DNA from: Verrucomicrobiota bacterium
GTDB lineage: Bacteria; Verrucomicrobiota; Verrucomicrobiia; Limisphaerales; UBA11358
DNA length: 64,000 nt
Assembly (NCBI GenBank): GCA_050015635.1
Contig: JBEKBA010000008.1
Coordinates: 15,091-79,090 of the forward strand
Direction of reading: 5' to 3'
Part shown: piece by piece, positions 1 to 8,576 of the stretch
How the letters are laid out: every line of letters begins with the position of its first letter
Position numbering within the stretch: the first letter of the stretch is position 1
Notes under the pieces: model-generated
Told to the model about the DNA's origin: nothing
The model's database searches: none
The model's input: the letters and a program-made list of their open reading frames with translations, nothing else
Position numbers and translations under genes: made by a program

Positions 1-181
1 CAATGAGATCGTTCAAACCATCGCCGGTCAGGTCCGCCGCGTGCAACAGGCTGATGCCGTCATCAATCGGATAGCTTTCATGGCCGGTGAAACCGAAATC
101 ATTCGTGCCGTTCCCGCCGTGAACGGGGGAAATAAAACTTAAAAAAAATGTCGAAAGTGCCGCGCAGTATAAAAATTTCAT
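1..181 (-). CDS. Partial CDS (N-terminal part, continues beyond window start): secreted protein with FG-GAP/VCBS-like motif
   Basis: ATG at 181-179 (minus) opens a stop-free frame to position 1: MKFLYCAALSTFFLSFISPVHGGNGTNDFGFTGHESYPIDDGISLLHAADLTGDGLNDLI. It has a signal-peptide-like start and a DxTGDGxxDL motif. Absent from the ORF track because it is truncated. Confidence 0.4.
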   Translation of the reverse strand, partial: MKFLYCAALSTFFLSFISPVHGGNGTNDFGFTGHESYPIDDGISLLHAADLTGDGLNDLI

Positions 182-332
182 GACTTGCATAAAGCGGGGA
201 AAATCTGCCATTGACGGCCGCGGTTGGCGAGATTATTCGCCCACCGGTAAAATTTTGGATGGCGCGCAAAGCTCAGCGCACCCGCAGTGGCCAAGCCGGA
301 AAAATGATTTTTGATTCCAACCAATAATCCTT

Positions 333-367
333 AAAACAAAAAAGGCCTGGGAAAAATCCCAAGCCTT
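333..367 (-). terminator. Intrinsic terminator downstream of the pseudopilin gene
   Basis: On the minus strand: GGCTTGGGA-TTTT-TCCCAGGCC (9 bp stem with one G.U) followed by TTTTTTGTTTT, about 25 nt after the stop at 390. Confidence 0.55.
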
Positions 368-389
368 TGATTTAAGTCACGCGGACGGT

Positions 390-788
390 TCAATTAGGCA
401 GATAGTGAGGGAAACTACCGGTGTTTCCAATGATCAAGCAAGTAGGTGTAATACTCATAGTGCCGATTGAGTAACTTTTGGCAAATGTTCCACCAGCATC
501 TAATGGACAAATCACGCTGTTCAAGCTGCCGGCGGCACCACGACCAAGAAAGGGCGTAAGAGAAGTGCTGGTTGGCGTCGTTCCGGCGCCTTTCCCGTAT
601 TCCAATGCCCATTCCTGCTTGGCGGCATCAATTTGACGGAGGTTGTTGATACAGGCGTTCATTTGAGATGTCGAACGCGCTCTGAGGAAGTTGGGAATCG
701 CGATCGCTGCCAGGAGGCCGATAATGGCCACCACAATCATAATTTCCACCAGTGTAAAACCCGCTGCGCGGGTTGTTTTGGTTTTCAT
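390..788 (-). CDS. Prepilin-type N-terminal cleavage/methylation domain protein (T2SS/type IV pilin-like pseudopilin)
   Basis: The N-terminus AAGFTLVEIMIVVAIIGLLAAIAIPNF is the canonical G|FTLxE methylation motif plus hydrophobic helix. Confidence 0.85.
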   Translation of the reverse strand: MKTKTTRAAGFTLVEIMIVVAIIGLLAAIAIPNFLRARSTSQMNACINNLRQIDAAKQEWALEYGKGAGTTPTSTSLTPFLGRGAAGSLNSVICPLDAGGTFAKSYSIGTMSITPTCLIIGNTGSFPHYLPN

Positions 789-1186
789 AATTTACGTCTT
801 TCGATTTTTCTCTCGCGGTGTGAACGCAGCAACAGGCGGTTTACATATTTATTATTACGTTTGTGTTCACTTGATTGCCTGTTGCAACCGCAATGTGCCA
901 ATAAAACAGCACGCCTGATGCCATATTCAACCAACGGGACACTATTCGGTAAATGGGACACCGAATTGGCTCATCGTTTTCATGGGTTTAGCCTGCGTTT
1001 AATAGCTTTTGAGCCGTCCAAACATGGGCTGTCAGACCACTGTCCCACGCTGGCAATGTGGTTGAAAGTAGTGGAGAATGTTTGATTTCAATGGTTTAAG
1101 TGTGGAAAACGTTTGATTTTTCCCTGATTTTGGGTCGTGGGATACCGGCTTGTGAAGCTTCAAAATTTGAAGGCAGGCATAGCGCG

Positions 1187-1609
1187 CTACGCGCCGATCA
1201 AGTGCAGGGCGACGCGACGCGCATGACCGTGAATGCGGTGTTCCCAAACGTAAATCCCCTGCCAAGTGCCGAGCGCCAGCCGACCGTCGCGCACGGGAAT
1301 GCTCAAATTCACACCCGTAAGCGCGGTGCGGATGTGCGCGGGCATATCGTCGCCGCCTTCAGCGGTGTGAATGAAAAGCGAATTGCCGTCCGGCACCAGT
1401 CGTTTGAAAAACGCCTCCAAATCGCGGCGCACATCCGGGTCGGCATTTTCCTGAATCAGCAGCGAAGCCGAAGTATGTTGCAAATGAATCGTCAGCAGCC
1501 CATCCCTGATTTCGCTCCGGCCAATCCATGCCGCAACTTCCCGCGTGAATTCATAAAGCCCGCGCCCGCGCGTTTGAATGGTCAGTTCATGGAAAAACTG
1601 GCGGAGCAT
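1187..1609 (-). CDS. yjbQ: YjbQ/UPF0047 family protein (secondary thiamine-phosphate synthase-like)
   Basis: MLRQFFHELTIQTRGRGLYEFTREV...HTSASLLIQENADPDVRRDLE...DMPAHIRTALTGVNLSIPV matches the YjbQ family pattern. ATG at 1609 is preferred over the GTG at 1621 used in the ORF track. Confidence 0.8.
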   Translation of the reverse strand: MLRQFFHELTIQTRGRGLYEFTREVAAWIGRSEIRDGLLTIHLQHTSASLLIQENADPDVRRDLEAFFKRLVPDGNSLFIHTAEGGDDMPAHIRTALTGVNLSIPVRDGRLALGTWQGIYVWEHRIHGHARRVALHLIGA

Positions 1610-1617
1610 TTTGCCGG

Positions 1618-3312
1618 TCACTGCGGGTTCACCGGCACGCCCTTTTCCGCCAGCATTTTTTCCAGGTCAGGATTGCGCGGCTGGCCGGCTTCAAGCGCCT
1701 TTTGGTAGTGCCAGCGCGCGAGTTCCGCCATCGGCGGATTCTGGCTGATGTAAATAACGGCGAGATTGTTGTGCGCATCGCCATAATCCGGATCAAGTTG
1801 GAGGGCCTTGCGCAAGGCCGTTTCCGCCTGCTTGCGCAAACCCTTTTGGGCCAGCACCACGCCCAGATAATTTTGAATCTGCGCGTTCTGCGGATCGAGC
1901 CCCGCCGCGCGACCCAAGGTATCCAGCGCCGCGTCGTATTTCGCCTGAAGAAATTGCAAGTGGCCGAGGACGGAAAGGTTGTAGGCATCGTTGGGATTTT
2001 GCGCGAGCGCCTGCCGGATATATTTTTCGGCGTCATCAAGTTTATTCAAATTAATCTCAATCGTCGCCAGATTGGCCAGGGTCAGCGGATTGTATTCATC
2101 ACGCCGCAAAATTTCCAGATAGGCGGCTTCGGCCCTGTCGAATTGCCGGGAAGAAAAATCGCGCTGCGCCTCCGCGACCAGCACCAAGGTGTCGGCGGGC
2201 GGTTCATCGGTGGCATCCGAGTTCGACTCCGGGGCGGCGACGAGTTGCGGCGCGGATTGTTTGAACAAGGCCAATTCCTCCGGCGTGTAGGGCACGACCT
2301 GCGCTTCATCCACGGCCAGCCGCGCGCGCAAGGTTTTTATCTGGCCGGCCAATTCCCCGTTTGCGGGCTGGAGGGGCGGCGCGGTTTGAAACCGTTCCAA
2401 ACGGTTTTCCAGCGCCGCCTTTTCCAGCCAATCCACCTCCGCCGCCGATTGTAATGCAGCAAGTTGCGCCCGCAACCGCGCCAACTCGGAATCCAAATCG
2501 GCGGTGGAGGGCATATCCGCGGTGGCCGGCCTCAATTCGGCGAGCTGTCTTCTCAACAATTGATTTTCCTCGCGCAACGCCCCGGCACTACTGGCGCTGG
2601 CCAGCAACAATTGAACCCTCGCCTGTAACGCCTGGTTTTCCAGCGCCAGTTTATCGGCGCGTTCCGTCTGCTGCGCCAGCTTTTGATTCGCTTCGGTCAA
2701 TTGCCTGCGAAGCTGCGCCAACGTGGCCGCGTCAAAACCGGTCGTTGCGGCAGTTTGCGACTGCGAAAGGCTGACTTTCAGCAGATCATTTTCCTTCGTC
2801 AACGACTGGATTTGCCCCTGCGCTTTGACCAGTTCACTGGAATCAACCATGGTCGGAGACGGGGTCAATGCCTCCCTGAGTTTGGCCTGGAGCGTGGTGT
2901 TGTCCGTTTGCAGTTGCGCAACCTGCTCGTGCAACACGCTCAATTGCGACTCCAGATCGGCGTCGGCCGCCGAGGCGACCGCACCGGGCGTCGCTGCCAC
3001 GGTCGCGGGCGGCGGATTTGTCACCGGAGCTTCCGCCGAAATTTCCGCGATTTTATCCGCAAGATAATTGAGCCGGAAAGCGATGATATTGGGATGCCAA
3101 TCGGGGAAAATTTTTTGGAATCGTTGCAGTTCTGCCTGCGTCTCGACGTATTGAGCCAACGCCTGGCGCGGCTCACCGGAATTTTCCAGACCATCCGCCT
3201 GCTGCATCAAACTGTAAATAATGACATATTGATCGTCGGGGGTATCCTGCGCGCGCGCTTCCGGCGACATTACCGCCAAAAACAAACCGACCGATGCGAC
3301 GAGACGTTTCAT
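1618..3312 (-). CDS. Secreted coiled-coil + TPR repeat protein
   Basis: Signal peptide MKRLVASVGLFLAVMSPEARA. The long Q/L/A-rich heptad-like middle suggests a coiled coil. The C-terminal ~200 aa carry TPR-like repeats (AEAAYLEILRRDEYNPLTLANLA..., NAYNLSVLGHLQF...). Confidence 0.75.
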   Translation of the reverse strand: MKRLVASVGLFLAVMSPEARAQDTPDDQYVIIYSLMQQADGLENSGEPRQALAQYVETQAELQRFQKIFPDWHPNIIAFRLNYLADKIAEISAEAPVTNPPPATVAATPGAVASAADADLESQLSVLHEQVAQLQTDNTTLQAKLREALTPSPTMVDSSELVKAQGQIQSLTKENDLLKVSLSQSQTAATTGFDAATLAQLRRQLTEANQKLAQQTERADKLALENQALQARVQLLLASASSAGALREENQLLRRQLAELRPATADMPSTADLDSELARLRAQLAALQSAAEVDWLEKAALENRLERFQTAPPLQPANGELAGQIKTLRARLAVDEAQVVPYTPEELALFKQSAPQLVAAPESNSDATDEPPADTLVLVAEAQRDFSSRQFDRAEAAYLEILRRDEYNPLTLANLATIEINLNKLDDAEKYIRQALAQNPNDAYNLSVLGHLQFLQAKYDAALDTLGRAAGLDPQNAQIQNYLGVVLAQKGLRKQAETALRKALQLDPDYGDAHNNLAVIYISQNPPMAELARWHYQKALEAGQPRNPDLEKMLAEKGVPVNPQ

Positions 3313-3364
3313 AATGGAACCATAGCCACGCGGACGCGCTTTGGCAACGCTGACGGGTTATAGT

Positions 3365-3455
3365 ATCAATTTGAAAGCAGGGACAAGCGCCACCGGCGAG
3401 ACACGAAGCCCCTTGCGGGGCGGTCCTTGCGGACGGCCACCACTTGCAGCGGGCC
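3365..3455. repeat. Dispersed repeat: ATCARTTTGAAG + GGGAC hairpin module, followed by a CCTTGCGGACGGCCACC module
   Basis: atcaatttgaaagcagggacaagcgcc...ggtccttgcggacggccaccacttgc. Same modules occur at 1158, 36232, 38373 and 45173, and throughout 5.8-25.8 kb. Confidence 0.7.
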
Positions 3456-3527
3456 AAGATGTCGGACGCTGCAGCGCACGGTTGACCTGCGCCAATGATT
3501 CTGCTAGCTTCCGATTTCGTCTGCGCC

Positions 3528-4148
3528 ATGAATATCGCGCTAAATCAACACGTGCTGGTATTGAACCGGTTGTGGCAGGCGGTCAACGTCTGCACCTGCC
3601 GGCGCGCCCTCACGCTGCTTTTTCAGGGGCAGGCGCAAGTGGTGGTGGGCGGCGAAGACGGCGCGTTCCGCACCTTTAACTTCGAGGAATGGCGCGACGT
3701 TTCGGAAGACGCGCCGCACGAGGAATCCGTCCATGCCATCTCCTTCCGCATTCGCGTGCCGCGCATCATCCTGCTGATGGTTTATGACCGGTTGCCGAAG
3801 AAGGAAGTGAAGTTCACACGCCACAACATTTTTGAACGGGACAAAAACACCTGTCAATACTGCGGCGGAATATTTGACCGCAAGGACCTGAATCTTGACC
3901 ATGTCATTCCGCGCGACCGCGGCGGTCCGACGACGTGGGAAAACATCGTCTGTTCCTGCATCGGGTGCAACACGCTGAAGGCCAACTGCACGCCGCAGGA
4001 GGCCGGAATGCACCTCGTCCGCAAGCCCAAGCGACCGAAATGGCGTCCTTTCGTACAGGTCAATATCAGTCTGCAGCGGCACGACAGCTGGCGGCACTTC
4101 ATTGACCTTGCCTACTGGAACGTGGAATTGGGCGAGGACGCGCAATAA
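3528..4148 (+). CDS. HNH endonuclease family protein
   Basis: CQYCGGIFDRKDLNLDHVIPRDRGGPTTWENIVCSCIGCNTLKAN is a complete HNH/CCHH motif. ATG at 3528 (MNIALNQHVLVLN...) is preferred over 3495. Confidence 0.85.
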   Translation: MNIALNQHVLVLNRLWQAVNVCTCRRALTLLFQGQAQVVVGGEDGAFRTFNFEEWRDVSEDAPHEESVHAISFRIRVPRIILLMVYDRLPKKEVKFTRHNIFERDKNTCQYCGGIFDRKDLNLDHVIPRDRGGPTTWENIVCSCIGCNTLKANCTPQEAGMHLVRKPKRPKWRPFVQVNISLQRHDSWRHFIDLAYWNVELGEDAQ

Positions 4149-4230
4149 CTGAACCCGCCGCGCGTCCGGCGCACAACTAAATTTCCACGCCGGTGTTTGA
4201 ATTTGGGCTGGCGCAGGGTATATTGGAAAC

Positions 4231-5169
4231 ATGAAGCTCGCCGTAAAAGTTGCGATTTGCCTCGCGGGCGGATTGGCGTTGAACGCCGGTTTGCGCGCGG
4301 CCGATGTCGTGTTGACAAACATGACCGACAATCCCTACGCACCTATTGTCATTCGGAATGTTTTCGGTTTGAACCCGCCGCCGCCGCCCGTCGCGCCGGT
4401 CAAAGACGACGAACCACTGCCGAAAATCACACCCAACGGCATCATGTCCATTTTCGGGCGGTTACAGGTGCTGTTCAAAGTGGACAGCGTGGCCAAGCCG
4501 GGGAAACCGTCCGAGGAGCAATCTTACATCCTCACCGAAGGCCAGCAGCAGGACGACATTGAAATCGTGAAGATCTCTGAAAAGGCGGCCAAGGTGACGT
4601 TCAACAATCACGGCACCATTCAGGAAATAGCCCTGAACGCTGATGACAATACGCCCGCATCCGGAACCACCATGAGTCCCTATCCTCCGAACGAACCCGG
4701 ACACCACCGGTTTGGTGGACGATTCAGTAATCGTGGCTGGAAAAGCGGTTCACCCGGCCCGACGTTCGGAGACTATTCCCCGCCCCCCGGTCAACAGCCC
4801 ATGAGTCAACCGTCCGGCAATCAACAGCCTGACGGTCAACAGCCCAACAGTCAATACCCCGGCAATCAACCGTTCGGCAGTCAACAGCCCAACGATCAAC
4901 AGCCTTACAGTCCGTATGCTACGCCGCAAAATCCCCTGGCCGGCCAGATACCCCCGGGTATGACACCGGAGGAACAAACCGTTGAAATCGAAGCGAATCG
5001 CGAAGCGACCAAACAGCAGGTTATGGATGGAACGATGCCGCCACTTCCCATCACAGAGGTGACGCCGTCCGACGCCGTTGGTCCCGGCGGCAACCCTGTG
5101 TTTGAAAACGGCAATAATCCAATGGGGGACGGCGATACGTCAGGGAATGGCGATACGCCTCCACAATAG
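4231..5169 (+). CDS. Secreted hypothetical protein with P/Q-rich low-complexity repeats
   Basis: Signal peptide MKLAVKVAICLAGGLALNAGLRA. The central region has reiterated GQQP/NQQP/SQQP units. No recognisable catalytic motif. Confidence 0.55.
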   Translation: MKLAVKVAICLAGGLALNAGLRAADVVLTNMTDNPYAPIVIRNVFGLNPPPPPVAPVKDDEPLPKITPNGIMSIFGRLQVLFKVDSVAKPGKPSEEQSYILTEGQQQDDIEIVKISEKAAKVTFNNHGTIQEIALNADDNTPASGTTMSPYPPNEPGHHRFGGRFSNRGWKSGSPGPTFGDYSPPPGQQPMSQPSGNQQPDGQQPNSQYPGNQPFGSQQPNDQQPYSPYATPQNPLAGQIPPGMTPEEQTVEIEANREATKQQVMDGTMPPLPITEVTPSDAVGPGGNPVFENGNNPMGDGDTSGNGDTPPQ

Positions 5170-5272
5170 CTTGAGCATCTGGAAAGATGCCGCGCCTGCG
5201 GCGAGGCGGGTGGTGCATCAAAAACGTGGCGGGATTGACACCTCCTGAAGCGCCATTAACATTCCTTTGGCC

Positions 5273-5347
5273 GGCGTGTTCGTCTATCGGTTAGGACGCT
5301 GGATTCTCAATCCGGAAAGACGGGTTCGATTCCCGTACGCGCTACCA
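5273..5347 (+). tRNA. tRNA-Glu (anticodon CUC)
   Basis: Manual cloverleaf: acceptor GGCGTGT/ACGCGCT, D arm GTCT-ATCGGTTA-GGAC, anticodon arm CTGGA-TTCTCAA-TCCGG (anticodon CTC), variable AAAG, T arm ACGGG-TTCGATT-CCCGT, discriminator A and encoded CCA. Length 75 nt. Confidence 0.85.
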
Positions 5348-5417
5348 CTTCCGAAAGTTGAAAGATGAACGTTGAATGTTGAGCGGCTTGGGTTCAACGT
5401 TCAATTTTCAATCAATC

Positions 5418-5780
5418 ATGTTTCAGATCATCTTTACTCCGGCCAGCGCCGCCGAACTCGGGCGGATGCCAAAAGAACTCCAGTTGCAAATACTCGGTGA
5501 GTTTCGCGGTTTGCCGCAACAGGTGCTGGGCACGGAACTGGACGCGTTCGGCAAACTGGAGCTGGCCGGACGGACGTTGCACCGCTTTCGCGTGGGGGAT
5601 TATCGCGTTTATTTCGAGCGGCATGATCTGGGTGTGCTGGTGCATCGCATCTTGAGCCGGCACACCTTGAAGGATTTCCTGTTCCGTTCCGGCCTGAAAT
5701 CCGGCGAGGACCAAACCCTTCAGGAAAATCCGAAATTCTGGGAATTGATCGCGTCGGCAAAGACCTCCGCCAAGGCATAG
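5418..5780 (+). CDS. RelE/ParE-superfamily toxin-like protein with C-terminal extension (no adjacent antitoxin ORF)
   Basis: MFQIIFTPASAAELGRMPKELQLQI...LHRFRVGDYRVYFERHDLGVLVHRILSRH has the RelE/ParE signature (xRxRVGDYRxxY...I.HR). ATG at 5418. Only the tRNA lies upstream. Confidence 0.6.
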   Translation: MFQIIFTPASAAELGRMPKELQLQILGEFRGLPQQVLGTELDAFGKLELAGRTLHRFRVGDYRVYFERHDLGVLVHRILSRHTLKDFLFRSGLKSGEDQTLQENPKFWELIASAKTSAKA

Positions 5781-5799
5781 AAAATAACCGAGTGCCGGG

Positions 5800-5985
5800 T
5801 TAACCGCCAAGGCAGCGTGACGGTGCACCCAATTATAGAAGATAATCAGGGACGCGGTGGAAGTCCTTGCGGACGGCCAATGCGCCTGACGGCGCGGGAA
5901 TGGGGAAAAAGAAAAATAGACACGGATTAACACGGATGGAAACACCTCTCCCCGACCCTCTCCCCAGAGCGGAGAGGGAGAGTAA
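5800..5985. repeat. Mosaic cluster of short palindromic repeat modules (BIME-like)
   Basis: Order: TTAACCGCCAAGG; GCAGCGTGACGGTGCACCCAATTATAGAAGATAATCAG; GGGACGCGGTGGAA fused to GTCCTTGCGGACGGCCAATGCGCCTGACGGCGCGGGAATGGGG; AGACACGGATTAACACGGA; CTCTCCCCGACCCTCTCCCCAGAGCGGAGAGGGAGA. Each module recurs many times in the window. Confidence 0.85.
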
Positions 5986-6015
5986 AGCATCCTCGCAGCA
6001 AGCTGCCAGGCATTC

Positions 6016-6177
6016 TCAGAATCTGAACTCGATCTGCCCTTTGTGCAGTTGATGATAATCTCGACCCGCTCCCTGTCCTTTGACGCATTCGGCTATCACT
6101 TTCTCACTCCCATGCTGCCCCACCGTATTCACAAAATACCCGTTGCCCCAAAACTCTCCTCCCCACAACTTATTTTT
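6016..6177 (-). pseudogene. Remnant (C-terminal ~53 codons) of an IS200/IS605-type Y1 transposase TnpA
   Basis: KNKLWGGEFWGNGYFVNTVGQHGSEKVIAECVKGQG resembles the conserved TnpA C-terminus (xxFWxxGYFxxTVG...I..Y). The N-terminal HUH part is missing and the upstream part of the ORF is unrelated. Confidence 0.55.
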
Positions 6178-6223
6178 GACCCCAGGCACTCGGACAACCT
6201 TCGCAGGCGTGGTCTGGGGGCGC

Positions 6224-6487
6224 TCAGCTTCGCTTGTAAATTTCGCGGCGATGGCCGAGGTAGTGAAGATCAATGCGGCCAAGTTTCAAATCGAATTCAT
6301 AAAGCACGCGGTAGTCGCCGACTCGGAGTTTGAATTCAGGACGGCCTTGCAGCCGTTTGTGCGGGAAATTTTCAAGCCGCGTCCCCATTTCATCAATCTC
6401 GCGCTGGACGGTCTCGCGAATGCCGGAGGGCAGGTCGTCAAACGCTTTTGAAAATGTGGGCGACAAGATTTGGAGCGCAGCGGCCAC
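6224..6487 (-). CDS. relE: RelE/ParE family type II toxin
   Basis: ...RLQGRPEFKLRVGDYRVLYEFDLKLGRIDLHYLGHRREIY is the RelE/ParE core motif. GTG start lies 4 nt after the stop of the upstream antitoxin ORF. Confidence 0.8.
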   Translation of the reverse strand: MAAALQILSPTFSKAFDDLPSGIRETVQREIDEMGTRLENFPHKRLQGRPEFKLRVGDYRVLYEFDLKLGRIDLHYLGHRREIYKRS

Positions 6488-6490
6488 AGT

Positions 6491-6685
6491 TCATTGGGGC
6501 TGGCGGGTCGTGTAATTGCCTTCAGCGATTTCGCGGCGCGATTGGTCGAGCTTGGCCTTCACTTCGTCGGTGAGTTCAAGCTGGTCTTCGAGAAAATCGT
6601 CAATCCACGCGCGAACTTCTTCAATTTCAGCGCGTGAGAGCTTTGGAATGACTGCTTCAATTTCTTGAACCGAACTCATGGTCAT
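6491..6685 (-). CDS. Putative addiction-module antitoxin
   Basis: A 64 aa acidic helical protein (SVQEIEAVIPKLSRAEIEEVRAWIDDFLED...) directly upstream of and near-abutting the RelE/ParE toxin. Confidence 0.7.
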   Translation of the reverse strand: MTMSSVQEIEAVIPKLSRAEIEEVRAWIDDFLEDQLELTDEVKAKLDQSRREIAEGNYTTRQPQ

Positions 6686-6817
6686 AAAGATAACCCAGCT
6701 TAAACAAACGGCAACTCCGCAATTTCACCGGATTTTCGCCTGCCGCCCTCGTCCCGCAGGCTTCGCCCATTGGATGCCAGGCCCGGCAATCTTTAGTAGT
6801 TGCCTTTCAACTTTTTA

Positions 6818-6968
6818 CTGGCGGTGCGGCCACCATAAAAAGAGACACGGATTAACACGGAAAAGGATTAAACCGCCAAGACGCCAAGAGCGCCAAGGCA
6901 GCGTGACGCTGCACCCAATTATAGAAGATAATCAGGGACGCGGTGGAACGCGTCCGTACCATGATAAA
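6818..6968. repeat. Mosaic repeat cluster ending in a G-REP hairpin
   Basis: ctggcggtgcggccaccataaaaagagacacggattaacacgg...aaccgccaagacgccaagagcgccaaggcagcgtgacgctgcacccaattatagaagataatcaGGGACGCGGTGGAACGCGTCCGTACCatgataaac. Confidence 0.85.
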
Positions 6969-7028
6969 CTTGTTCTTTGCAGACGCTGCTTGCACCGAAA
7001 ACAGCGGCGTTTATGATTTCGCACGATC

Positions 7029-8576
7029 ATGAAACTGAAGCGGTCATCGCTGGTTTCCCAAGGGTCACTGAACCGCATACTTGAAGCGGTCAACGAGTCC
7101 TGGAAACGGCTTGATTTTCAGACGGCCATCGAGTTGATGGAACGCGCCAGCCGGCTGGACCCGGCCAATGCCGTCATCCTGTTGGATTTGGGTCGCATGC
7201 ACGGGCTGCGTCACGACCCTGCCGCCGCCGAGCGCTGTTTTGAAAAGGCGGTTCGAATCGCGCCCAAAAAATCCGAGGCGCTCGCGACAGCGGGAAAGCA
7301 AAGCCGTGATTTTGGCAACTTTGCGATGTCCGAGCGTTACTACCTGCGCGCCGTGGAACAAAAGGACGTCACGCCCGAAACCCTCGTCAAATTGGCGGAA
7401 AATTATGAGCGTCTCCGCCGTTTGGAGGACGCCGCCCGATTGGTGGAACGGGCGCTGCATGTGGATGGCGGCTGCGCGGCGGCGTTGCTGCTGTCCGCCA
7501 GGCTCAACCGGCAGTCCGGCCGGTTGGACGAAGCGGAACGGCTGCTCCGATCCATTCCAACCCACTCCGAAAATAACACACGCGCGCAGAGTTGGTATGA
7601 ACTGGGTGGAATTCTTGACCGGCAAGGGCGTTATGACGAAGCCATGTCCGCCTTCCTTGAAGCCAAGGCATTGTTGAATCCCCATGCGGGGCGTTTTCTC
7701 ACTGAACTAAAAATTATCCGCCAGCGCATCACGGCCATGCAGGCAAATATGTCCGCCGAAATGTTGCAACGCTGGTTTGATTTTGGCCGGACGCTACAAC
7801 CCTCCCGGCGGCTGGCGTTGCTGGGAGGTCATCCCCGTTCCGGCACCACTCTGCTGGAGCAGGTTTTGGATTCGCACCCGGACATCGTCTCGGTGGAAGA
7901 AACGACGATTTTTTACGATGACGCCTACCATCCTCTCACGCGCAATTTGCCGGATGACGAACCCATGCTGTCGGTTCTCGAAGCCGCGCAGACTGATGCC
8001 TTGCAACAATCGCGCGCCCACTATTTTCGTTCCGTGGAAGGATTCCTCGGTCAGCCCATCGGCAACCGGCTGTTGATTGATAAAAATCCCTCCCTGACTT
8101 TTTTAATTCCGCTCCTCATCCGCATTTTTCCAGAAATAAAACTGCTCATCGCCCTGCGCGACCCGCGGGATGTGGTTTTAAGTTGTTTCATGCAGCCTTT
8201 GCCGCTCGATCAGGGCAGCTCGGCCTATTTGAGCCTGAAAAGCACCGTTGAAGAATACAGCACGATGATGAGCCTGTGGCAAACCCTTGCGCAATTGATA
8301 AAAAACCCGTTCCTCGAAGTGCGCTACGAGGACATGGTCAATGATCTGGAATCCGTGGCGCGGCGGTCATTAGACTTTCTGGGCGTGCCGTGGGACGCCC
8401 GCGTGTTGGCCTTTGACGAACATGCGCGGCAGAAAGTGGTGCGCTCCCCGACTTACGCCGACGTGACCAAACCGGTCTATAAAGGCGCGGTTGGCCGGTG
8501 GCGGCATTACCAGAAATATCTGGAACCGCATCTGGAAAAGCTGGAGCCGTTCGTCAAGGCGTCCGGGTATGAATAG
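7029..8576 (+). CDS. TPR repeat + sulfotransferase fusion protein, paralogue 1 (ST1)
   Basis: The N-terminal ~230 aa carry TPR-like repeats. The C-terminal half has the PAPS 5'-phosphosulfate loop LGGHPRSGTTLLEQ and the 3'-phosphate motif LIALRDPRDVVLSCF. 515 aa. Confidence 0.9.
   Translation: MKLKRSSLVSQGSLNRILEAVNESWKRLDFQTAIELMERASRLDPANAVILLDLGRMHGLRHDPAAAERCFEKAVRIAPKKSEALATAGKQSRDFGNFAMSERYYLRAVEQKDVTPETLVKLAENYERLRRLEDAARLVERALHVDGGCAAALLLSARLNRQSGRLDEAERLLRSIPTHSENNTRAQSWYELGGILDRQGRYDEAMSAFLEAKALLNPHAGRFLTELKIIRQRITAMQANMSAEMLQRWFDFGRTLQPSRRLALLGGHPRSGTTLLEQVLDSHPDIVSVEETTIFYDDAYHPLTRNLPDDEPMLSVLEAAQTDALQQSRAHYFRSVEGFLGQPIGNRLLIDKNPSLTFLIPLLIRIFPEIKLLIALRDPRDVVLSCFMQPLPLDQGSSAYLSLKSTVEEYSTMMSLWQTLAQLIKNPFLEVRYEDMVNDLESVARRSLDFLGVPWDARVLAFDEHARQKVVRSPTYADVTKPVYKGAVGRWRHYQKYLEPHLEKLEPFVKASGYE

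Noticed and set aside
5273-5347. tRNA-Glu as a bona fide integration site (attachment-site duplication).
   Set aside because: I could not find a direct repeat of the tRNA 3' half, or any integrase, anywhere in the window. The island idea is therefore kept only as a hypothesis in the findings, not as a mobile-element feature.
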